Shown in pieces: positions 1-10,557 of a stretch of 64,000 nt of DNA; position 1 is the stretch's first letter; the number at the start of each line of letters is the position of its first letter. Under the pieces are notes generated by a model. The model did no database searches. It was not told where the DNA came from and worked only from the letters and a program-made list of their open reading frames with translations. Made by a program: the position numbers and the translations under genes. The stretch lies in assembly GCF_004010195.1 (NCBI RefSeq), contig NC_057718.1, positions 41,499,803-41,563,802 of the forward strand. The letters run 5' to 3'. This DNA comes from Chiloscyllium plagiosum. Lineage: Eukaryota.

Positions 1-1686
1 AGGAGTAGAATTATTTTCCATGTTTTTGAAGTTTCAGTTGGAAAGGTCAATTTTTCTGCCATCAAATGACACCTGTTCACCAATAACTGAAGTCAATGAT
101 ACTCAATTCAGTTTCCACTAAAAGCAATTAGCTCTAGCTCTCATCGCAGGTGACGGCACAAAACTTTAATGTCAAAAAATAATGAGAACAATTTCTGATG
201 ACATCGAGATGTCATTTTACACAATATGGCACCCAAGCCATTCTGATAAAGTTGAGGTAATTAGTGTCAAAGGAACAGCACTGGTTCATAAAGATGGTTT
301 CTGTTTTAGGATGCCAATAATTGTATTCCAAGAACATCACTACAGGAATTTCTCAGCTCTGATTCTTTAACCTAATCATCATCGGTTGGTTTATCAGTGG
401 TCCTACTCCATCATACAGTCAGGAGTCTGGCCTGATCATCTGTAGTTCTGTAATTTTCAGTGATACCCACATCCCTTCTGATAATGAAGCAAACCACTTC
501 AGTCCAGGATATGGATAATGTCCAGGCTTGGGTGAGCAAGTGACATTCAAGGCAAAGTCAAAGGAATTGTAGGACCAAAGCACTGACTACTATGGTATTG
601 CATCGACTCATAGCTGCACTCCTTTTAAATATACAGTTTGCTGCTCAGAGAATTCAGTCATTGAATTGAACCCAGTCTCTTGACTTCTCCATTCGTTTTT
701 TGTTCAATTTTTAGGTTGAGCTTCCAATTTACTCTATCTAATAAATAACGTTATTTAAGATTTTTACTCACCTTTTATCGTTTGCTTACCAATCCCACTA
801 CCTAATTTGGAAGTTTGAGTAACATTGAAACTATTGCTATTTTAACACTTACTTTATTGTCAGAAAATACAGCAATACATATTTCACAATAGATGGAATT
901 ACACTATCAGGCCAATCTGAGGCTCGTTTCTCAGGTCTGTAAAGGCAGAGGGTACAAATCGTGCAAATGGAATGGTTCTTCCAGCAACAGGATGCATTCA
1001 ATTAAGGTAGATTAACAACTGAACCCAAAACTCTGCAGACTTAAATTGTATGTAATGGAGCATAAAATAGTCAACAACAATTTCTGCACATCTGTCCATG
1101 ATCTACCTCACTTCACTTGGCACCGATGCCTCAATTAATACCATCTGTCAAATGCATTAGAATGAAAATTTCAACAATTTTTTTTCTGATCAGTGATGGG
1201 TTAATCAATATAATTGGAATCAACCTAGCAAGCATTGGTTGTTTAAAATATCCCAAGTGTTTGAAGTATTGCCTCATTTTACAATTGATATGAATTGTTA
1301 ATTATCAGTTTAGAAATATAATATTGTGAGGACTTCCCACAAATGTTTGAAGCATTCAAAGAAGACCTGATGCTCAAAATTTCGACTGCCAATAGTAAAT
1401 TAGCTAATCAACCCACTTTGGGCAAGGTAGGGAATTGTCCACTTAAATAATTCACTAATTAGATTATAATACTAATCCTGCATTTTATATAATGTGTCTT
1501 TGAGAACTGAGATAAGTTGTATTTCAACTAAGAGTTTTAAGCCAGTTTTCAGTCAACAGACACCTGGACTATGATCTCTCTAGAAATCTGAGTAGGAACA
1601 TCTTGGACCTAAGTCTGTGATACATCTGTAAAATACTTTTTTATATAATAAGTCAAGGAAAGCCAAAAAAAGTAAAACTGAAATAA

Positions 1687-1692
1687 TTTATT
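1687..1692 (-). terminator. Distal polyadenylation signal AATAAA
   Basis: tttatt on the + strand; on the minus strand followed by U-rich ttttactttttttggctttcc. Confidence 0.65.
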
Positions 1693-1943
1693 TAACCACT
1701 AGAGCACCACAAAATTTGCAGGCTTCACAGACATACCATGTGTTAAAATACATAGTAATTAGCCAACAAATATGTATGTTTGACCAAAATGTACGTTTGA
1801 AAGATAAAACAAGGAGAAAGCACCCACCCTCCCACCCAAGTGGTAAGATCATCAAATGTCCAACATTTACTAAGGATCAAGAAATAAGTGTACAATATTT
1901 AAAAACAATAGTTTCAAAGACGTCAGCATTACAAGAAGAAGCT

Positions 1944-1963
1944 TAATACTAGTATCAGTGCAA
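1944..1963 (-). promoter_or_regulatory. Adjacent/overlapping miR-148/152 8mer (TGCACTGA), miR-130/301 7mer (TTGCACT) and miR-200b/c/429 7mer-A1 (AGTATTA)
   Basis: + strand taatactagtatcagtgcaa. Confidence 0.45.
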
Positions 1964-3249
1964 TCCTGAGGAAGAGAAACTTCATTTTAATGGGGCAAAA
2001 AAAAGGAAATATTGAGCAAAATACAGATTTTTTTTTCTAAAAAAAGCATTTAACATTTGGCTGCGTCCAGCGCAATCAAGTATAGTTCGACATTCTGGCA
2101 TCCATCTCCTTCTATTGGAGCTAAAAGACAAATTATCATGCCATTCATATATAGGACCACAAACCATCCACAATGAATGACATTCATAAGAGTTTAACAT
2201 AGGCTATCCCCAACAAAAGTGCTTACGACTGGCATTCCAGATGTCAGAAGCTATTTTCAGGTATTTATCTACAATGTATACGTTGTGAATTTCAAACGAT
2301 GCTTAAAAGTGTTAGATTAGAGCTAAATTGAGGCCACTGTCTTCATGAAAATAGTATTTGGCAAACATCTTTTCATTTGTCTGACACAATTACCTCATGG
2401 ATGCAAACCCAGCCAAAATGTATCATTGTGTCATTTTCAGGCAATATTACAATCATGAAGATGATGCATGGGTCTTCTTCTTTGCCAAACTAAAAAGAAA
2501 GTTGGCCAATGGCATTTTTCTTGAAGGCAATGGCCCTTTAAAATGATTTACTCTTTATATCCCAAAGAACAATGAAAATCATATGGGAATTAGTTTAACA
2601 ATTCAAAAAGATCAGAAATGAATAGACAGTAATATGAAACAAGTCACATGATTTTATCATCTAGTATGATGAGCATCACAGAAGTAGGGGCTTCCAAATG
2701 GTTTTAAACGAGTGTCCTATACACATTAGTGAGTCATGAGAAGTAATAAAGGGGATTTGGATATTTATTTTATTTAGGCAACTACATCAACACATTTTCC
2801 ACTGTATATCTTGTGGAAGCTGTCAAAGGTCACTGCTTATTTCCATGAGTTAACTTGTGAAATTTTAGCACACAGTTTCTTGCATATTTTTCTAGTGACC
2901 TTATGTTTACACTTACCAAGTGAATGGAAATAGTCACAACAGAAGGACGTTCCCATAATTTAATATTGTAAAAACCTTTAATAGTTATTATGAAATGGCA
3001 TATGAATTAAAATATTGAAAGGAATAAAGGGTCTATGATCAAACTTGGATTTTTCAAAATCCCCATGGAAGTAAGTCTTTCCATCCTTATGTTCATGTTG
3101 TCCTTCTCAGCTAAAAGGTGCAACCACTTAGGCGATGCCTGCTATTCTCCACCCCCACCGTAAATGCTATTCCATTGTCACTCACCAGAAACATGTCAAG
3201 ATCCCAAAAGCCATATGTAAAGGTATCTGCACCCTCCACCCGACCCCAG

Positions 3250-3400
3250 TTATAGACTCATAGAGCACAGAAGAGGCAATCAGTCCAATGTGCCGACTGG
3301 TTCTTTGAAGGAACTATCCAATTGGTTTCAGTCCTCTGTGACTTTTCCTTTTTATCCCACATGGGATAGGCATTCTAAGCATGTATTTTCAGTAAGGAGT
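3250..3400 (-). mobile_element. Highly decayed CR1-type LINE 3' tail
   Basis: tagactcatagagcacagaagaggcaatcagtcc resembles the reverse complement of the CR1 tails elsewhere in the window; a similar remnant lies at ~3810-3970. Confidence 0.35.
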
Positions 3401-4281
3401 GATCTAGCTACATTTGTTACCAGCCTGCAGATCCTTGACTGGAATTTACCTTCGATGTCCTCGTGAAGGGGTAGCATTTTGCTATCATATCTTGCAAGGG
3501 ACTGGGCTGTAAAAATGGGGAATATAACTTCGCAATCCTGATCAAAATTGGACCATTTTTTATAGATCAGGAGTGGAACATAGAATTCCTGAACAAGAGA
3601 CAGCACTTCAGTGTCATGGGAAGGGGAAATATTTCTGGTTCACTGTCCTTTCACCTGTGGCTCTCAGAAGACATACACCATGCCTCCCCTTCCCACAGAA
3701 TGTTTCCAGATCTTCCCTTTCCTATTGCTATACAGGTAGAGAAAGAAAGGAAAATGTCTTGGGGGAAGAAGATATCCTAGTATTCATAAAGTTTATTAAG
3801 AGACTCTGTTAAAATCATAGGAATTTCTATATAGTTTACATACCAAACAAATACTTAGCACTTTAAGTATGCTCCACTATTCAATAAGATCGCAACTGAT
3901 CTGATTTTAACCTTAACTCTACGTTGCTGCATACTGCTGATAATCTTCCATTCCCTTGGTTTCTATGAAACCTGGTTTTCTTTCTCCTTCCTGCAAGGAA
4001 ATGTTTAGTCTCGGCTTAAAACAGGAAGTTTACCATGTGAAGTGCATCAGACATAGACCCACATCTTCTCATTGCATGATGCAACATGTTACGACAATCC
4101 TAATGTGATCCTGGACCAAAAAGATATTGTCCTATTATTATTGTTAGCCTAACCCCGGGCTAGAAAAGCAATCACGTATTCCAATCAGATGGGTGCTACA
4201 TCTAGGGGCTGCCCTTGCAGATAAAATATATCAAGCTTAGTGTAAACAGAAGCATCACTTTCACATTGTTGTGCTATTTTC

Positions 4282-4287
4282 TTTATT
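4282..4287 (-). terminator. Candidate intermediate polyadenylation signal AATAAA
   Basis: Minus strand TGTACAGTATTGTTAAAAATAAAG, with an upstream UGUA element. Confidence 0.4.
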
Positions 4288-5622
4288 TTTAACAATACTG
4301 TACACATTTCAATTTTGTGTTGCTAACTGTTCACTTATAATGAAGTGAAAACAGAAAAGAACAAGTAATTTAAAAACAAAAGTTATGAGCAGGGTTGGAG
4401 TTGGAACTTTGTAAATTGGCTGATGCTCAATTTGCAGGGAGGATCAAGTCAAATTAATTTACCATATATCATAAATGGTATTTGGGAGAAAGAGGTATTT
4501 CCTTAACTGCTCCTAGAGATGAAGTTGAAATATGGAACTCCAGAAACAGAAACATCAAAGGTCATAATCCTCTGTATTTTGCTCTCTGAATTTGTTGTTG
4601 AAAATGTATAAATGTATTAGCTCTAGAGTTGTAGTAGTCTGCTCCTTATAAGCAGTCTGGCTCAGCAGGAGAGCAGATTGAAGACATGGCAGAAAGGTCA
4701 ATGTGCCTGAGTTGGTGCATTTCTGTTTTTAATGTCTTGAATATGATGAGTCCCACAAATTGTGCACACTGACCTCTGTAACCAGCTCTCTGATCTATGC
4801 TGGAGTGGAGCTTCACAATTTCTATTATCTGGAAATGCACGTACAAATTTGTGAAAACCAACACTCAGAAAATATCAGCAAAAATGCCTTAGAAAGATTT
4901 ACCATAATGTAGTGAGTTCAATTTATGGCATTCCTGATATTCCAGTCATTGATTTTAACAGCTGGAAAATGAAATCAACCATGTCAACCTCCATGGACGA
5001 TTCTCCAATCAGCACTTCTGCCGAATAAATCTCTGCACCCGAAGCAGAGGTGACAAATTTCAGACTAATGTGCTTCTGAATTTGTTGAAGCTAATTCAGA
5101 GAGTAAAATGTTTGGTACTAAGTGGAAAGAGCATTAAGTCGAACAGTCAGTCCCTTTTTTTGAAAAATCAACCCAACTTTCAACCCTCTCACCATGTCAC
5201 TCAATCTTTTTTCTCTTCAGGAATGCATCTACTTCATTGGACACATCTGCTATAAACATGCTAGCCTTTGCGTTTGAAGTGCTCCACCTGATGTACCTTC
5301 TTATTTGTAACATGCAAATTTTTAAGCCCAAATTTTAATTATCAGCATTCCTTCAACCAATGCCATATATGACTGATGGCAAGTGCACACTTGCTTGCTG
5401 ATTACAAAGCTTGCTGTCATCTCCCATCACTTGAACCAATAACACATCCCCACAATGGACATAACAGTAATACATTTGACTTTGTTGGTGCCCTAACAAA
5501 GGAGTATATATAGGATGCCAATTGCATAACAATACACAAGAGATCAAGTAAGGCACGGGACCTGTACAGCATTTCCACTAAGTGGGACTCTTTTTATTTC
5601 ACATATTAACACTTACAATTTT

Positions 5623-5630
5623 TCCAGTGT
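5623..5630 (-). promoter_or_regulatory. miR-199-5p 8mer seed site ACACTGGA
   Basis: tccagtgt on the + strand within the proximal 3'UTR. Confidence 0.5.
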
Positions 5631-5804
5631 TTTTGTCTTTTCAATTTAAAGATTCTGTGTCTCATCTATCACACTAAATTAGTAGGTGAAGGATAGGAAT
5701 AAAGCCTTCAATGTACATTTTATTTCCTTTTGCTTCTGTTGGTAGTTAAACGAAAGAAAAAGTTCCAAATAGTTCAAACTAGTACCATGTATTGTTCGTT
5801 TGTT

Positions 5805-5812
5805 TAACACTG
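5805..5812 (-). promoter_or_regulatory. miR-141/200a 8mer seed site CAGTGTTA
   Basis: taacactg on +, 36 nt past the stop; a second 7mer-A1 (AGTGTTA) lies at 5607-5613. Confidence 0.65.
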
Positions 5813-5848
5813 ATGAACCTGGGATTTTCAAGGGAGTTGTATTCATTC

Positions 5849-6007
5849 TTAGCTGCATTTGCAAGACTTGACTACCATGTTCGAAAGGTGTTCAATTTTG
5901 GGAACTTTGCCAACGAAGTAGAGAATAGTGAGAGGCTCCAGGTCTTGAGAAACACAACATGGGGAGGCAGAAGCTTCAGGGTTTATATTGTTGTACAGAC
6001 TAAGTAT
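5849..6007 (-). CDS. TGFB2: TGF-beta2 last coding exon (exon 7 equivalent), 159 nt including TAA
   Basis: Translation [52 protein letters not shown]; acceptor ttctttatttcag; completes a 112-aa mature peptide with 9 cysteines. Confidence 0.99.
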   Translation of the reverse strand: MLSLYNNINPEASASPCCVSQDLEPLTILYFVGKVPKIEHLSNMVVKSCKCS

Positions 6008-6750
6008 CTGAAATAAAGAAAACATCATTTAATCTGCTGAATAATCTTTTCGAAACACAGAATCGGGTGACCTGGGTCATTCTGGTAGGAAATTTATAAA
6101 TTGCTGAAACAAAGAGTGAATGATTACTTGAGAAGTACCTTAAATAAATCCTGACCTATTGGGACAAAGGTAGTTTTGCAGTTTGACCATTGACCCATTG
6201 AATAAGCAAAAGAAATTGTTATGCAATTTTCCTACCATGTCAGATTCTGAAATATAATTTTATGGTAACATCACAGAAACATTCTACCACTAAAAAAGAT
6301 ACCACATACAGGGTGTTCTTGACTTTTATAGAACACTCAACCCTTTGATGGACACAGATGGCAGTGAAAATATTTAATATAAATCCATGGCAATGTGAGA
6401 AATGCTGAAGTAAGTTTTGCCATTACTACAGTATGTCACCTTTTGGCATCTATAAATATTTTGACTGTCTCCTAGGATAAAACAGAGCTGTGTTATATCT
6501 CTAATTCCTTAACTTCTTATTAAAAAAAGTATATTTTATTAAGTAAGCAGCAAATGGTTGTGCTGATTGGGCTCAAAATGGGTTGTTATTCAAAACTTTA
6601 ATGTAATCAAAATGATTGCCAAAACTCTACTGGCTCAACGGGTTTGACTGCTACTATCTTAACCTGCCCATAGGTTGAGATATAACACCCCAGAATTCCT
6701 TCAAAATGGTTTTACAAAACTAGTGTAAGATAAACTAACTAAATAGGCAA

Positions 6751-6895
6751 AACAAACCAAAAGAACTGCGTATGCTGCAAATCTGAAATAAAAACAGAAA
6801 TCGCTGGAAAATCTCAACAGGTCTGACACATCTGTGGAGAGAAATCAGTTAACATTTTGAGTCCAGTGACTTCCTAAGAAATCCTAAGAACTAAC
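6751..6895. mobile_element. Short Penelope-terminus-derived element (family B), single arm
   Basis: aaaacagaaatcgctggaaaatctcaacaggtctgacacatctgtggagagaaatcag matches 47583-47680; flanked by the imperfect duplication aactaaataggcaa / aactaaacgggcaa. Confidence 0.7.
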
Positions 6896-7071
6896 AACTA
6901 AACGGGCAACCAGCTATTTTAAGAAAAAATTGAGAAATGTTGATTGCTAATGAAAAGAGTGGAAACTAGTTGTAAACTAGTGTCAACTTTCAAGGAACAA
7001 GCTGAATAGAGATTCTCCTGAATTGAAATATTTCCGATGATGGAAACTATAAGAATGATAGAAAGTAAAAG

Positions 7072-7261
7072 GAACAAAAACAGAAAGTGCTGGAAAAACT
7101 CAGCAGGTCTGGCAGTATCAATGGAGAGAAAGCAAAATTAATGTTCCGAAATGTTAACTTTGCTTTCTCTCCACAGATGCTGCCAGACCTGTGGAGGTTT
7201 TCCAGAAATTTCTGTTTATGGTTCTGATTTGCAGCATCCACACCTCTTTTGGTTCTTTGTT
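7072..7261. mobile_element. Fold-back Penelope-terminus-derived element (family B)
   Basis: Left arm gctggaaaaactcagcaggtctggcag...ggagagaaagcaaaattaat is inverted as gttaactttgctttctctccacagatgctgccagacctg. Confidence 0.75.
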
Positions 7262-7476
7262 CAGAAAATATGAGTATTTGTCTGAAAATAATGTGAGGTA
7301 GAGGTACTCTTCTACAGGAAAATTGCAGAATGGGTCAACTGCTATAATGGAATATTGTTGTATACTGCTGTACAGGAGCAATGTGCTGGGTTACCCTACT
7401 GTGTAGAAACAGTATGAGGTGTGGTACTCGTTAAGAACAGTATATAGATAGTTAATGTTGTGCAAGAACAGTTTGA

Positions 7477-7786
7477 AGTGGGTACACTGCTGCATCACAG
7501 CACCAGGGACCTGGGTTCGATTCCAGCCTCAGACAACTGGCTGTGTGGAGTTTGCACATCCTCCCTGTGTCTGTGTGGATTTCCTCCAGGTGCTCTGGTT
7601 TCCTCCCATGGTTAGGTGGTTTGGCCTTGCTACATTGCCCGTAGTGCCCAGGGACATGTAAGTTGTATGGTTTAGTCCTGGGAAATGCAGGATTACAGGG
7701 AGTAAGATAAAGCAGAATGGTTCTGGGTGGGATGCTCTTTGTAGGGTCGATGCAGACACAATGGGCTGAATGATCTGACTGTATGA
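7477..7786 (+). mobile_element. HE1-type tRNA-derived V-SINE, 5' eroded
   Basis: B box GGTTCGATTCC at 7514-7524; V-domain tgtgtggagtttgcacat...ggtttcctccca; similar to 48570-48890. Confidence 0.85.
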
Positions 7787-8464
7787 ACACAGTGCTTTAA
7801 TGAAACGTCATATAATGGATAGGTTGAAAAAGTTATGCTAAAAGTCCTAATAATTCTGTTAATAACAGTTGTAATAATTGGACTGCAGCCTCAAATATAA
7901 AATATGAGAACACCAAGGCCAAAGATTTGACTTCTTTGCTGTTCCCTCATTTGGCTATTTGATTGCATTACTCTCTGAGTTGTATATTCAAGCATCCAGT
8001 TTTCCAACTGCATTGTGGTTTCTCACTAGATGTTTTGAGCCCAGAACAGTTAAACTTACAGAACACTGTGCAGATGAAAAGTGATACTGCTTCCAGCCTG
8101 ACAAAGCTTACTAATTCGAGAAAAGAATTTCATAGAAATTGGGCCAAGGTGGACCACACCCCAACTCTTTTCTCCTTCAAAAACAAATTTTCGGATTGTG
8201 GATGATAAAATTGTGTTTGCATTGCTCAATCGTCATACTTCCACAGAGTAACTGTTCATTTTTATACATCTTTAATCATTAAAAATTGATTGGAGAAAAT
8301 ATAAAATGATAGCATATGATGGTTGTTTTTCCTGATACTGCCTCAAAAGTAATCGAACTGCATGATACAAGTGCAATTTAACAGCAATGTAAAAGACAAA
8401 TATTATTTAAAGTTTTCAATGTAATAGTGAGAATGCCTTTGTTTCACTCACAAACAGTACTCAC

Positions 8465-8618
8465 CCGGCTGTGTTGAGTATCTGAACTCCACAAGTAAGG
8501 ACAGGCCCCAGCACAGAAGTTAGCCTGATAGCCCTTGGGTTCATGAATCCATTTCCACCCCAGGTCTCTCCGGAAATCAATGTATAGTGGGCGTAGGCAG
8601 CAATTGTCCTGCACACTT
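8465..8618 (-). CDS. TGFB2: TGF-beta2 exon 6 equivalent (mature cystine-knot domain), 154 nt
   Basis: Translation (R)[51 protein letters not shown], visible inside ORF 8444..8641; acceptor tctattgaacag, donor gtgagt. Confidence 0.99.
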
Positions 8619-8754
8619 CTGTTCAATAGACAAATATTCACATTTAAATAACAGGCACCTTTTTTTTCAATGTCTGCTTTTCTTTCCCCTTATCTCCTGA
8701 AGCTTCTGACTTATGCAACGGTCTGCCCAAAACATGATTCCTTTAAGTATAGTT

Positions 8755-8910
8755 CTCAGGATGCAGGCAGCACTGGAAAGGCTGGCATTTACCGCCTATC
8801 TCGCCCTGAACTTTCATACAACTGGTACAACTGAGTGGCTTATTGTACCACTCCAGAGGGCAGTAAAGATTCAACAATGTTGCTGTGGTGTTGGAGACTC
8901 AAATTAAATA
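8755..8910 (-). mobile_element. DeuSINE (SacSINE1-like) fragment
   Basis: Shares cagagggcagtaaaga-tcaac-a-ttgctgtgg with 23490-23530 and the tail sequence with 20770-20830. Confidence 0.55.
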
Positions 8911-9534
8911 CGAAACAGAATTTTTTTTAAAAAGCTGTTTGCTTTTTTTTCCCAAATCTAGCAAAACTCATTGGATAAATGTATCAGTTCTGGAAAATTA
9001 TATAAGGCTATCAACTCAATGCTTGACTGTGATTAGAAAAAAAGACAAACAACGCTATGTTTTGCAAAAGCAGAGAGATAGACTATAAATCAAAGGAGAT
9101 TCCATCATTCCTGTACAAGGTGTTGGTCAGTACTCATCTTGATTACTTGACTGTGACCTTGTTAGGTGCAACCTGGTTGCTGTGTTTCCTACACTAACAG
9201 TGACTACACTGAGGAAGCTGCTCTGAATGTTTTTAATCAGGAATGCAACTGAAGCAGTAGTTTCCCAAATCCATTATTAAATCCAGTACTTTGAGTTTAA
9301 TATGTGATCTCACTTAAAAGCACCAGTTCTCCTGTGAATAGATACTTTACATGAAAGTGACATTTATTGTTCATATTTGCCAGATTTGGAGGAACAGAAA
9401 CTAATTTGCACAATCAGATATGTTTCAATGAAACATAGTAAATAATTACAATAAATGTCCAGCCTGAAGCTGTCCCTAATTTCTTTTTGGAAAAGCAAAG
9501 CAATAGGTGCATTTGGATAGGTATTTATGTGCAT

Positions 9535-10557
9535 TTGTGCCAGCCTGTTCCAGTCCGGTTATAACACTGGCATCTACCTGGCAATGTGGAAAATTGCCCA
9601 GCTTTGTGCAGTCCACAAAAAGTAGGCTGAAATCATCCCAGCCAATTGCTGCCCCATCAGTCTATGTTTAGTCGACAGCAAAATGATGGAAGATGTCATT
9701 GACAGTACTATCGAACATCACTTACTCAGCTGCTCCCTGACAATCAGTTTGTTTTCCATCCACCCACTCAGCTCCTGACTTCATTAAGACCTTGTCCAAA
9801 TATGGATAAAAGAGCTGAAGTCCATATAGAAAGGGAGGGTCACTGCCCTTGTTGTCAAGTTGACCGAGTGTGGCATCAGGCCAACCATCTCAGGACACTC
9901 CAAACGAGTTCCTCAGGGTACTGTCCTATGCCCAACTATCTACAGCTACTTCATCAATGACCTTCCAGCCATCAAAACATGGTGGGCACAAGAGTGACCA
10001 GAGGCTGGTATTCTGTACTGAGCAACTCATTTCCTGACATCTCAAAGCCTGTCCATCATCTACAAGATACAAGTCAAAGATGCAATGGAATAAATCCACT
10101 TGAATGTGTGAGTGCATCTTCAACATTACACACGAAACTCAACATCATCTAGGACAAAGCAGCCTACTTAACTAGAACCCATCTAATACCTTCACCATTC
10201 AACACCGATTCATAGTGACAGCAGTGCCAATATCTTCACTGCTACAGTGTAGCAACTCATGAAGTCTCCTTGGACAGCATCTTTCAAACATGCTACCTCT
10301 ACTAGCTAGAAGGACAAAGCCAGTACATACATGGGAACATCACCACCTGCAAGATTCTCACCAAACCAACTTGTCTTGAGACTATATTGCCTTTCCTTCA
10401 CAGTCACAGGGTCAATTCCTTGGAACCCCCTCCCTCAGCATAACATGAACTGCAGTGTTTCAAGAAGGAGACTCACCATCACCTTCGCAAGGATGAATAG
10501 GAATGGGCAATAAATGTTGGCCTAGCTTATGACACTCATTGCATAAATGAATGAAAA
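9535..10557 (+). mobile_element. Decayed CR1/L2-group LINE, RT domain and 3' end
   Basis: Remnant motifs WKIAQ..VHKK, PISL, GVPQG, FINDLP; tail gggcaataaatgttggcctagc; same family as 20755-23770. Confidence 0.8.

Larger units (their letters stand above)
1670..5848 (-). other. TGFB2: Probable long TGFB2 3'UTR
   Basis: Follows the stop codon. Blocks such as GGTTCATCAGTGTTAAA, AAACACTGGAA and GTGGTGCTCTAGTGGTTAAATAAATTATTTC resemble the mammalian TGFB2 3'UTR as I recall it. The distal end is inferred from the AATAAA only. Confidence 0.65.

Noticed and set aside
5792..6016. Plus-strand 74-aa ORF overlapping the last exon
   Set aside because: Antisense shadow of a coding exon, non-ATG start, no recognisable product.
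8444..8641. 65-aa ORF as a standalone gene
   Set aside because: It is TGFB2 exon 6 plus intronic read-through on both sides; splice sites define 8465-8618.
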